A DNA stretch of 64,000 bases from Actinomycetes bacterium. GTDB taxonomy: Bacteria > Actinomycetota > Actinomycetes > JAHEKZ01. A program made the translations under genes and the position numbers. The stretch spans positions 2,064 through 66,063 of the forward strand of contig DASUFV010000064.1 in the NCBI GenBank assembly GCA_036274415.1, in the 5' to 3' direction. The notes under the pieces are model-generated. The model searched no databases. It had not been told where the DNA came from and saw nothing but the letters and a program-made list of their open reading frames with translations. This document shows positions 16,781 to 24,657 of the stretch, in pieces; position 1 is the first letter of the stretch, and every line of letters begins with the position of its first letter.

Positions 16781-18049
16781 ATGGCGCGGGTTCTTTGGAT
16801 CGGTGACGCTGGCTCGCACACGGGCTTCGGCCGCGTGACCCGCGAGCTCACCACTGGGCTCCTCGATCGCGGACACGACATCACGGTCCTGGGGCTGAAC
16901 TTCACGGGCGATTACGACCCGGACATCGACCAGCGGCTGAAGGTGTACCGAGCCGACCTGTACGGCTACAACGATATGTTCGGGGTGCGGCGCGTACAGG
17001 AGATGGTCGACCACGTCGAACCCGACGTCAGCGTCGTCATGCACGATCCGGCGGCAGTATGGCAATACCTCTGGGAGAACCCATACGACCCGGGGCAGAG
17101 GCTGTTCAGCCGTCCGGTGCTGGCCTACTGCCCGGTGGATGGGTACGACTACCCCACCGACTGGACCGAGATGCTGCCGCAGGCCACGAACTTCGTGACC
17201 ATGAGCCAGCACGGCGCGAGCATCTTCAAGCCGTCCGCCGTCGTTCCACACGGCGTGCGGTCGGAGTTCTTCTATCCCGTCGCGGAAGGTGAGCTGCTGA
17301 CGGACGACGGGCAGGTGCTGGGCTCCAAGGAGGAGTGCAAGGAGCACCTCGGGATCGACCCGTCTCGGTTCCTGGTCCTTCGCGTCGACGCGAACTCGGG
17401 TCGCAAGGACTTCGCCGCCACGATCCGCGCCGTCGCTCCGCTGTTGGAGCGTCAGCGCGACATGACGATGTGGTTGCACACCAACACAGATCCGCGGTCG
17501 CCGGGCGTGAAGATCCGCTCGATGCTCAACCGCTACGACCTGGCCCCAACCCAGGTGATGCTGTCGGACTTCGGCAACGGCACCAAGGGCTGGCCAGAGA
17601 ACAGATTGCGCATCCTCTACAACGCAGCGGATGTGTTCGTCAGCACGAGCCGGGGAGAGGGCTTTGGCCTGACGATCGCCGAGGCCATGGCCTGCGGCGT
17701 CCCCGTCATCGCGCAGAACGTGTCGGCGATCCCCGAGACCGTCGGGCCAGGCGGCGTCCTGATCGACTCCGACCGGCGCATCACTGTACCCGCGGGCCAG
17801 GACTTGTGCCTGGCCGACATCGACGCCTTCACCGAGGCCCTCGAACGGCTCTACACCAACGAGGTGTGGCGCACCGAGCTCGGGCAGGCAGGCCGGAAGC
17901 ACGTCACCGAGTCCTTCAGATGGGACACCGCGGTGGACAGCTTCCACGACTTCATCGAGCGGATTGCCGCTCGCTGGAGAGCATCGCAGGAGGCACCAAC
18001 CGATGGATCTGAACGAGCAGATCTCCCTGATGAAGGCGCTGGGGGTTGA
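16781..18049 (+). CDS. GT4-family (GT-B fold) glycosyltransferase
   Basis: GGAGGT precedes ATG 16781. EGFGLTIAEAMACGVPVIAQ is the GT4 E-x7-E region. About 422 aa. Preceded by a terminator and a roughly 220-bp leader. Confidence 0.85.
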   Translation: MARVLWIGDAGSHTGFGRVTRELTTGLLDRGHDITVLGLNFTGDYDPDIDQRLKVYRADLYGYNDMFGVRRVQEMVDHVEPDVSVVMHDPAAVWQYLWENPYDPGQRLFSRPVLAYCPVDGYDYPTDWTEMLPQATNFVTMSQHGASIFKPSAVVPHGVRSEFFYPVAEGELLTDDGQVLGSKEECKEHLGIDPSRFLVLRVDANSGRKDFAATIRAVAPLLERQRDMTMWLHTNTDPRSPGVKIRSMLNRYDLAPTQVMLSDFGNGTKGWPENRLRILYNAADVFVSTSRGEGFGLTIAEAMACGVPVIAQNVSAIPETVGPGGVLIDSDRRITVPAGQDLCLADIDAFTEALERLYTNEVWRTELGQAGRKHVTESFRWDTAVDSFHDFIERIAARWRASQEAPTDGSERADLPDEGAGG

Positions 18050-19280
18050 CCTCCAGAAGGACGCCGAGTATCTCGAGCCGGTCGAGGCCACCGAGATCAA
18101 GTTCAAGATCTATGCGCGCGACCACGACGGGCACGGGGCTGCGCTCAAGGCGTGGACCGAGAAGATCGCCGACAGCGACGAGGAAGACTGGCTGCTGTCG
18201 GGCATCGCGTCCTCGACGATCAAGGACCTGCACGGCGACACCATGCTGCCGTCGGCGCTCATCGACATGGAGCGCAGCGCCAAGAACAACCTGACGATCT
18301 TCGGGAACCACGAGTACCATGTCCCCGAGGACGTCTACGGATCGGTGCTCGCGGCGTCGATCGTCGCGTCGGGCGAGGTCGACGAGAAGACCGGCGCCCC
18401 GCTGTACGACCTGAACTTCGAGAAGATCCGCGTCAACAAGCGAAACGAGCGGGCCAAGAACAGCTGGCTGGCCATGAGCGATGGCACCAAGCTCGGCCTG
18501 TCGATCGGCGCGCGGATCCCCGAAGGCGGCGCGATCCGCAACAAGAAGACCGGCACGCTGCTGATCGCCCACGTCGACCTGCTCGAGACGAGCATCGTCG
18601 GCATCCCGGCGAACCCGCGCAGCTGGATCGACAGCGCCACGCGCGCCGTCAAGGCGTACGAGGTGCAGACAGCCAAGACCGCATCCGGTATCGAGGTGCC
18701 GGTCACGGTCAAGGTCGCCACGGTGACCGAGCCAACCGAGACCACGCTCGGAGAGGACGGCGTCGAGGAGGGCAAGACCCCCGAGACCATCGTCTCCGAT
18801 GACAAGGCGGGGGAGCCCGCCGATCCTTCCACCAACACTGACGCACCGTCGCAGGACGCTCAGCTGAGCCAGCCTGAGAACGATGGGGCAGACGCCGCGC
18901 CCGAGGTCATCGCAGCTGCGAACGATCTTCTGGACGAGACCGCCAACGCTCAGGTGCCGGACGAGGCGAAGGAACTCCTGATGAGCCTTCGCGAAACACT
19001 CGCCACCGTCACCGCCGAGTTGATTGATGTGGACGAAGCCCGGAAGGCCGCAGAGCAGCGAGTGGATGAGCTCGAAGCGAAGCGCGTCGAGGAGCACGAG
19101 GAGGCGAAGGACATCGTCACTCGGGCTCTTGATCTGGTCAACCAGGTGGGCAAGCTGCCTGCTGGCCGGATCGCATCGTTCAAGCACATCCAGCGCACCG
19201 CCGACCAGCTCTCGGACGACTACGAGTCGCTCGGGTTCGTGCCGGAGGTCGCCAACATGCTCAGGCAGAGGAACACATGA
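18003..19280 (+). CDS. prohead protease (HK97/S78-like) fused to a coiled-coil scaffold-like C-terminal region
   Basis: AGGAGG precedes ATG 18003. LSGIASSTIKDLHGDTMLPSA. C-terminal ELIDVDEARKAAEQRVDELEAKRVEEHEE. Confidence 0.75.
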   Translation: MDLNEQISLMKALGVDLQKDAEYLEPVEATEIKFKIYARDHDGHGAALKAWTEKIADSDEEDWLLSGIASSTIKDLHGDTMLPSALIDMERSAKNNLTIFGNHEYHVPEDVYGSVLAASIVASGEVDEKTGAPLYDLNFEKIRVNKRNERAKNSWLAMSDGTKLGLSIGARIPEGGAIRNKKTGTLLIAHVDLLETSIVGIPANPRSWIDSATRAVKAYEVQTAKTASGIEVPVTVKVATVTEPTETTLGEDGVEEGKTPETIVSDDKAGEPADPSTNTDAPSQDAQLSQPENDGADAAPEVIAAANDLLDETANAQVPDEAKELLMSLRETLATVTAELIDVDEARKAAEQRVDELEAKRVEEHEEAKDIVTRALDLVNQVGKLPAGRIASFKHIQRTADQLSDDYESLGFVPEVANMLRQRNT

Positions 19281-20686
19281 GCGACATCACCCCGACGGTT
19301 CGGAACGCGGAGGAGTCCCTGGAGAAGATCTCGGGCTTCCTCGGGCTGTCCGGAACGCCTTCCGCCGACCCCGTGGCTCTTGCGGCCCAGCAGGCGGCCG
19401 AGATCCAGGCCCAGGCCGCGCAGGCAGCTGCGCAGGCCGCAGCTGGCTCGGTCCCGACCGAGGGCATCGAGAACCAGTTCCGGTCCTTCATGGACCAGAT
19501 CGCCGCGAAGCAGGCGGCCGCCACCGAGGCGCGGCTCAACGTCAAGCGCGAGCTCCGCAAGCGCGAGACCGACGAGCTGCTCTACATGTTCGCCAAGCAG
19601 GCCCGGGCCAAGAGCGTCGGCACGCCGCTCGACTTCTGGCTCGCCTCGGGCGGCCAGATGCGGATGGACGGCTTCGGCCAGCTTCCGGGCCAGGTCGAGC
19701 CGGACGTCGCCCGCGCGATCGACACGTCGACCGCGACGGCGCTGATCCGGCAGGACCTCGAGCCGATCATGTACGAGCTGTTCGTCCGGGAGTTCCCGGG
19801 CTTCGAGCGGTTCCGTCGTGAACCGGCCAACGGCCTGACCCACACCTGGAACCAGGTGACGAGCTACGGCGACGCCCAGTTCATGGGTGAGCTGGGTACC
19901 GTCACCGACGACCGCAGCAACTACGTCCGGCAGACGACCAACGTCGCGATCATCGCGACGCGGCGCGGCGTCTCGCTCAAGTCGCAGTTCGCGGTCATCG
20001 CGGGCGGCGCCGGGTTCAACCCCGAGCAGCTCGAGCTCCTGGGCGGCAACCGGGCCCTGGCGCACCGGATGCAGTACCAGATCTTCTCCGGCCACTCGAC
20101 GGACAACACGGGCACAGCGAACAACGAGCTGGGTCTCTACGACCCCAACGCGTTCACCGGCCTGCGCTCGATCCTGAACACGGCGCGGGCGAAGAACGTC
20201 GACCCCCTCGCGTCCACGCCGCAGGACATCCGCCGGGCGATCAACCAGGCGGCGGTCGAGGTCATCCAGCAGGGCGGCCGGGTCTCCATGATGTGGGGTT
20301 CGCCCCTCGACAAGGAGGTCTTCGACGCCCAGCAGGACAAGAACGTCCAGTACATCAACAGCCTGGTCAACGTCGCCGTCGGCGTGACCACGAACGCGGT
20401 CAACACCGTGTTCGGCGCGCTGCCGTACGGCGTTCTCGTCGGTGACGCGATCGGGTCGTACGTGCCGGAAGTCCTGCCCTCTGGCTGGACCAACGCGCGG
20501 GACCTGTACCTGCTCGACGAGTCGACGATCACGATGCCGTACCTGGGCTCCGAGGGTCCGACGATCCTCGACATCCCGATCGGCATCAGCGGCCAGCTGA
20601 CGCACCTGTTCATCATCTTCGGGATGTGGGGTCTCGCCGTGAAGGCGCCGACCTTCAACAACAAGGTGCGCATCCGCGCCAGCTGA
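19277..20686 (+). CDS. major capsid protein (HK97-fold type, with an N-terminal Q/A-rich delta-like region)
   Basis: 469 aa immediately after the protease. ATGA overlap. A strong terminator follows. Confidence 0.75.
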   Translation: MSDITPTVRNAEESLEKISGFLGLSGTPSADPVALAAQQAAEIQAQAAQAAAQAAAGSVPTEGIENQFRSFMDQIAAKQAAATEARLNVKRELRKRETDELLYMFAKQARAKSVGTPLDFWLASGGQMRMDGFGQLPGQVEPDVARAIDTSTATALIRQDLEPIMYELFVREFPGFERFRREPANGLTHTWNQVTSYGDAQFMGELGTVTDDRSNYVRQTTNVAIIATRRGVSLKSQFAVIAGGAGFNPEQLELLGGNRALAHRMQYQIFSGHSTDNTGTANNELGLYDPNAFTGLRSILNTARAKNVDPLASTPQDIRRAINQAAVEVIQQGGRVSMMWGSPLDKEVFDAQQDKNVQYINSLVNVAVGVTTNAVNTVFGALPYGVLVGDAIGSYVPEVLPSGWTNARDLYLLDESTITMPYLGSEGPTILDIPIGISGQLTHLFIIFGMWGLAVKAPTFNNKVRIRAS

Positions 20687-20707
20687 TCTGGGCTTCAGCC
20701 TATCTCC

Positions 20708-20750
20708 GGAGGGGCGACCTCTCGCCGCTGGTCGCCCCTCCTTCGCACCC
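20708..20750 (+). terminator. candidate terminator after the capsid gene
   Basis: 12-bp perfect stem GGAGGGGCGACC/GGTCGCCCCTCC. Confidence 0.55.
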
Positions 20751-20761
20751 TCGGAGGGCAG

Positions 20762-21661
20762 ATGTACCTGACGCCTGCCCAGTACCGGGCGCGCAACTAC
20801 GCGGTCGACGTGTCCTCGTGGTCTGACGCCCAGCTGGCTGCTCAGCTCAACCGAAGTGCATCAGCAATCCATGCCTACACGGCGGCGCCGACGCTCCCGA
20901 CCCCCCACGACTTCCGCGGGGGTTCGATCGTTGGCGAGACCCATACCTGGCGGATCAGCGACTACGAGCCGGTCACGCGCCGGGTCTTCCTGTTCCATCG
21001 CCCGGTGAAGGCGGTTAGCACGCTGCGCATCTACGCGACCGACAGCCAGTACGTCGAGTTCGCGGCCGACGAGATCTACTACGAGGCCGCTGAGGGCTGG
21101 ATCGAGCCAGCCAGCGCCAACCTCACGAGCTACGGCCTGTTCGGGGCAGCGGTGATCCCGTTCGTCGGCCTGTCACAGCCGCACGTCTACGCCAGCTACA
21201 CCTACGGGCGCCGGATCCCGATCGAGGAGCAGATCTACCCGATCGGTGGAAACACCTGGCTTGCGTCGATCGGCGCCTGGTCAAGCGATGTCGGCGACGA
21301 GCCGGTCATCGCGGTCGGCGGCGTCGTCAGACCCGACACCGACTACACGATCGACTACCGGTCGGGCCAGGTCACCTTCGTGGTCAACGAGCCCGCCAGC
21401 GCGGCCACCGTCGTCGCGCAGTTCTACACCGGGTTGCACCCGGACATCGCCGAGGCCGAGGGCCTGATCACCACCGGGGCGATCGCCGACCGCTCGTATG
21501 TGGCAACGCTGGGCGGGCTGCGCCGCCTGACGGTTGCCGAGATCACCATCGAGCGGGCTACGGATCGGGCCGGGGGCGGTGCTGCCCAGCCGGTCACGAT
21601 CTCCGAGGAGGCGGCTGCGCTACTCGATCCGTTCATCTTCCGATCGGTGGCGTTCGCATGA
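20762..21661 (+). CDS. hypothetical structural protein (connector or adaptor region)
   Basis: 299 aa. GGAGGG precedes the ATG. Confidence 0.55.
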   Translation: MYLTPAQYRARNYAVDVSSWSDAQLAAQLNRSASAIHAYTAAPTLPTPHDFRGGSIVGETHTWRISDYEPVTRRVFLFHRPVKAVSTLRIYATDSQYVEFAADEIYYEAAEGWIEPASANLTSYGLFGAAVIPFVGLSQPHVYASYTYGRRIPIEEQIYPIGGNTWLASIGAWSSDVGDEPVIAVGGVVRPDTDYTIDYRSGQVTFVVNEPASAATVVAQFYTGLHPDIAEAEGLITTGAIADRSYVATLGGLRRLTVAEITIERATDRAGGGAAQPVTISEEAAALLDPFIFRSVAFA

Positions 21662-22026
21662 TCAACATCGACCTGGGGCCACTGCAGGCGCTCGCCGAGC
21701 AGTTCATGCAGAGCGAGGTGGAGATCGAGCACCGCTCAGCGCCAGCGCAGGACCCGGGCGACCGCACGGGCGACAACACCGTGTCGTACGAGACCAGTAC
21801 GACGACGACCAAGGGCTGGTTCGTCGACCAGGGCACGCACACCTTCAGTGGCGGCCGGATGGTCGAGGTCACCGACCGCCCGCTCCTGCGGGTTCCAGTC
21901 GGTACCGAGATCGCCAAAGGCGACAGGGTGACCATCAACGGCGGTGACACGTGGACCGTGGTCGACGCTTCCAGCGACGAGACGTGGCCGGTAATGGTCA
22001 AGGTCGAGCTCGTCAGGATCGAGTAG
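21658..22026 (+). CDS. head-tail joining / head closure-like protein
   Basis: 122 aa. ATGA overlap. Position and size match this role. Confidence 0.45.
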   Translation: MINIDLGPLQALAEQFMQSEVEIEHRSAPAQDPGDRTGDNTVSYETSTTTTKGWFVDQGTHTFSGGRMVEVTDRPLLRVPVGTEIAKGDRVTINGGDTWTVVDASSDETWPVMVKVELVRIE

Positions 22027-22794
22027 ATGGCCGGGCCCCGGGTCGTCATCGACTTCGCCAAGATCGAGGCAACGTTCGAGCGAGCCATTCGCCGGGCAGG
22101 CGACAACTCGGCGAGCTACGTCGAGGACCGAGCCAAGCACCACGCCCCGGTGCGCAAGCTGTTCCGGGGAACCAGCTATCGAACCAGCACCGCCGGGTTC
22201 CGCGAGCCGCGTATTCGCCAGGTCCGCTTCCGGGACGTGGAGGGTACGCGGACCAGCGGACACGCGAACTCGCTGACGCCGCTGTTCCGAACACGAACGC
22301 GCGGCGGCGGGCGGGCGGTGCTGGCGGGCGACTTCCGAGTCGTCGATCGACGCACTCGGACGCTCAAGGCGGTGAAGGCCGACCTGTTCCTCGGCGTTCG
22401 AGGTGGTAAGGCCGAGACTCATCGCACCGAGGAGATCAGCGCCGAGGATGTGCGCGTCAACGGCGGCAAGGCGCTGACGCGCCGAGGGCGCTACGAGGTC
22501 CGCTCCGGGCGAGCGGACTTCAAGGCCCCGGGCAGCAGGACCACCCGTGTCGGTGGTCGGCTCCGGGGAGAGATCCATGTCGAGGGGCCGGTCGACGAGA
22601 ACGGCACTCTCTGGTGGTACGTCGTGTCGGCGACCAAGGACCCGGAGACGGGCCGCCTGTATCCGAAGGATCAGGAGTTCGGCACACGCCGCCACAAGCC
22701 TCATCCGTTCTTGCGCCCCGGCCTCCACGACGGCCGGGAGACGTTCAGACGGAACGTGCGTCGTGAGATCCGGGAAGTGGCGAGGAAGCGATGA
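22027..22794 (+). CDS. neck protein (HK97 gp10-like?)
   Basis: 255 aa, basic. N-terminus ...EDRAKHHAPVRKL... Confidence 0.45.
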   Translation: MAGPRVVIDFAKIEATFERAIRRAGDNSASYVEDRAKHHAPVRKLFRGTSYRTSTAGFREPRIRQVRFRDVEGTRTSGHANSLTPLFRTRTRGGGRAVLAGDFRVVDRRTRTLKAVKADLFLGVRGGKAETHRTEEISAEDVRVNGGKALTRRGRYEVRSGRADFKAPGSRTTRVGGRLRGEIHVEGPVDENGTLWWYVVSATKDPETGRLYPKDQEFGTRRHKPHPFLRPGLHDGRETFRRNVRREIREVARKR

Positions 22795-23225
22795 CACGCA
22801 CCCAGACCCACCACCCGATCACGAACGCCGTCGTGGCGCGCATTCGCGCCGTCGGCCGCCCGGCTGCTCTGGAAGCCTTGAAGGGCATCTACCAGGGGGT
22901 GGCGCCCGAGAAGACCGAGTACCCGTTCGTCGTCTACAACCTCGCTGCCGCTCCGTACGACTACCTGTTCGGGGACGACACGACGTTGATCGCGATGATC
23001 GATCTCACCGTCTACTCGAGGAAGTCCATCGAGGCTGAAGACCTTGATGCGGCCCTCGCCGGGTGGCTGAGCGATCAGTCTCTGCCGGTGACCGGCCAAA
23101 CCACCCTTCTGTGTCGGCGGGTCGCGACGATCCCAACGTCACCCGACGTCGATGACGAGGGAAACGTCATCTATTCCTGGGGCGGGACCTACGAGGTCCA
23201 GACCGACGCCCCGCCCCTCGCGTAG
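22791..23225 (+). CDS. tail terminator / completion-like protein
   Basis: 144 aa. ATGA overlap. Position just before the major tail gene. Confidence 0.45.
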   Translation: MTRTQTHHPITNAVVARIRAVGRPAALEALKGIYQGVAPEKTEYPFVVYNLAAAPYDYLFGDDTTLIAMIDLTVYSRKSIEAEDLDAALAGWLSDQSLPVTGQTTLLCRRVATIPTSPDVDDEGNVIYSWGGTYEVQTDAPPLA

Positions 23226-23237
23226 AAAGGGAAGTCA

Positions 23238-23654
23238 ATGGCTGCGAACACCGGCACCAAGCTGCACGGCAAGAACGGTGCCATCTACATCGGCGGCCCG
23301 AAGGGCACGGGTATCAAGGTTGCCACCAAGTCCGAATGGACGCTGAGCCTCGGGCGCGACTACGTCGACGCCACGACGTTCGGTGACACCAACCGGACGT
23401 ACCTGGTTGGCCTGCGCGACGTCTCGGGCACCTTCTCGGGCCTGATGGACGTCTCGGGCGACTTGCTCATCAACGCGACCACGTCGGACATCGTGCAGCT
23501 CTACCTGTACGCGGACGACGGCGCGTCGCCGATCCTCCTGGCCTCGGGCCCTGCGCTCGTCGACGGCCAGATCAGCGCCAGCAACGCGGACGCGATCCGG
23601 ATGTCCGGCAACTTCCGCGCGGCAGGCAACTGGACCATCTTCACGGGCGCGTAG
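23238..23654 (+). CDS. major tail (tube) protein
   Basis: KLHGKNGAIYIGG...IKVATKSEWTLSLGRDYVDATTFGD. 138 aa. Confidence 0.7.
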   Translation: MAANTGTKLHGKNGAIYIGGPKGTGIKVATKSEWTLSLGRDYVDATTFGDTNRTYLVGLRDVSGTFSGLMDVSGDLLINATTSDIVQLYLYADDGASPILLASGPALVDGQISASNADAIRMSGNFRAAGNWTIFTGA

Positions 23655-23675
23655 GCGCTTCCCCGCACTGGTAGA

Positions 23676-23703
23676 CTCCGGTCGCCCACCAAAGCGACCG
23701 GAG
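23676..23703 (+). promoter_or_regulatory. hairpin CTCCGGTCGC-ccaccaaa-GCGACCGGAG overlapping the RBS of the next gene
   Basis: 10-bp inverted repeat. Its 3' arm contains GGAGG five nt before ATG 23709. Confidence 0.35.
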
Positions 23704-23708
23704 GCGCC

Positions 23709-24053
23709 ATGGGGATCCTGTGGAACAAGATCGACGGTACGAGAGCTGAGATCCAGATCCCAGCCCTCGGCATCGTCGTCGCTCGACTGATGCCCCCCTT
23801 GGCATTGGTACGACGGCGTGAGGTTGCTTCCCCTGAACTGGGGCGGTACGACCTTCACGCCGTCGTTTCCTATTTCAACCAGCCTCTCTGGGAGGACCCC
23901 GACTACCAGAAGGCGATCAAGTTCTGGATCGGGGGCAGGCCGCGCAAGGTCTTCATGTTCGATGGGACGACGCTCGTCCGACCCGACCCGAAGACACTGC
24001 GGATGGAAGGAGTGGAACCCGAGTGGGACGAGGAGCGGCAGCCGACGACATGA
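23709..24053 (+). CDS. hypothetical protein (tail-assembly region)
   Basis: 114 aa. Stop overlaps ATG 24050 (ATGA). Confidence 0.5.
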   Translation: MGILWNKIDGTRAEIQIPALGIVVARLMPPLALVRRREVASPELGRYDLHAVVSYFNQPLWEDPDYQKAIKFWIGGRPRKVFMFDGTTLVRPDPKTLRMEGVEPEWDEERQPTT

Positions 24054-24439
24054 CCAATCGCTTCTTCAGCGAAGTGGTCCAGCTGCGAGGCAAGGTCTAC
24101 GAGATCCGCGAGCTGTCGGCACAGAAGTACAACAAGACCGTCAAGCAGGCGACGAACATCGACGAGGAGACCAAGGTCGAGAACTTCGACCAGGAGGGTC
24201 ACACCAAGATCCTCATCGCCCAATGCGTGACGGTCGGCAGCAAGGTCGCCAAGGGCGAGGACAAGAAGCTGCATCTGGTCGATGGGCAGCCGATCGACCT
24301 CGATGACCTGCTCGCCGAGGGCAACCGGGTCTGGCGAGCCATCCAGAAGCGCGTCCTGGCCATGAACCTCGACGAGGAGCCCGAGGAGGAGATCGTCGAG
24401 CTCGTGGGGGAAACACAGGAGGCAACGGCGAGTTCGTAG
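24050..24439 (+). CDS. tail assembly chaperone (gpG-like)
   Basis: ATG 24050 in an ATGA overlap. Acidic 129-aa protein immediately upstream of the tape measure gene. Confidence 0.6.
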   Translation: MTNRFFSEVVQLRGKVYEIRELSAQKYNKTVKQATNIDEETKVENFDQEGHTKILIAQCVTVGSKVAKGEDKKLHLVDGQPIDLDDLLAEGNRVWRAIQKRVLAMNLDEEPEEEIVELVGETQEATASS

Positions 24440-24642
24440 GGTTCGCCGACCTCTGCTACATCTTCGGTGAGAAGTTCGGGCTCGACCCCGCCATCGTCGC
24501 GGAGTGGCCCACCCACAAGTTCAACGCGATCAAGCGAGCGCACATCCGTGCTGCCAACCGGCACACCAGGGCGCTCGCTCGAGCTCGCGGCGAAGACGTC
24601 GTTGAGTGGGGCGCTGACGCGTTCACGCGGCCCATGAGCTAG
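24050..24642 (+). CDS. tail assembly chaperone GT-like extension product (inferred programmed -1 frameshift near GUGGGGGAAAC 24404-24414)
   Basis: Frame 1 from 24409 to TAG 24640-24642 has no start codon and no stops. It has about 84% GC3 and reads EFVGFADLCYIFGEKFGLDPAIVAEWPTHKF..., a protein-like sequence. It ends 15 nt before the tape measure RBS. Confidence 0.45.
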
Positions 24643-24657
24643 GAAGGAGGTGCGGTC

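Noticed and set aside
23709-24053. Canonical -1 frameshift joining 23709..24053 to 24023..24439
   Set aside because: No slippery heptamer in the 30-nt overlap. ATG 24050 forms a standard ATGA start/stop overlap, so these are treated as two genes. The real frameshift signal is downstream at about 24404-24414.
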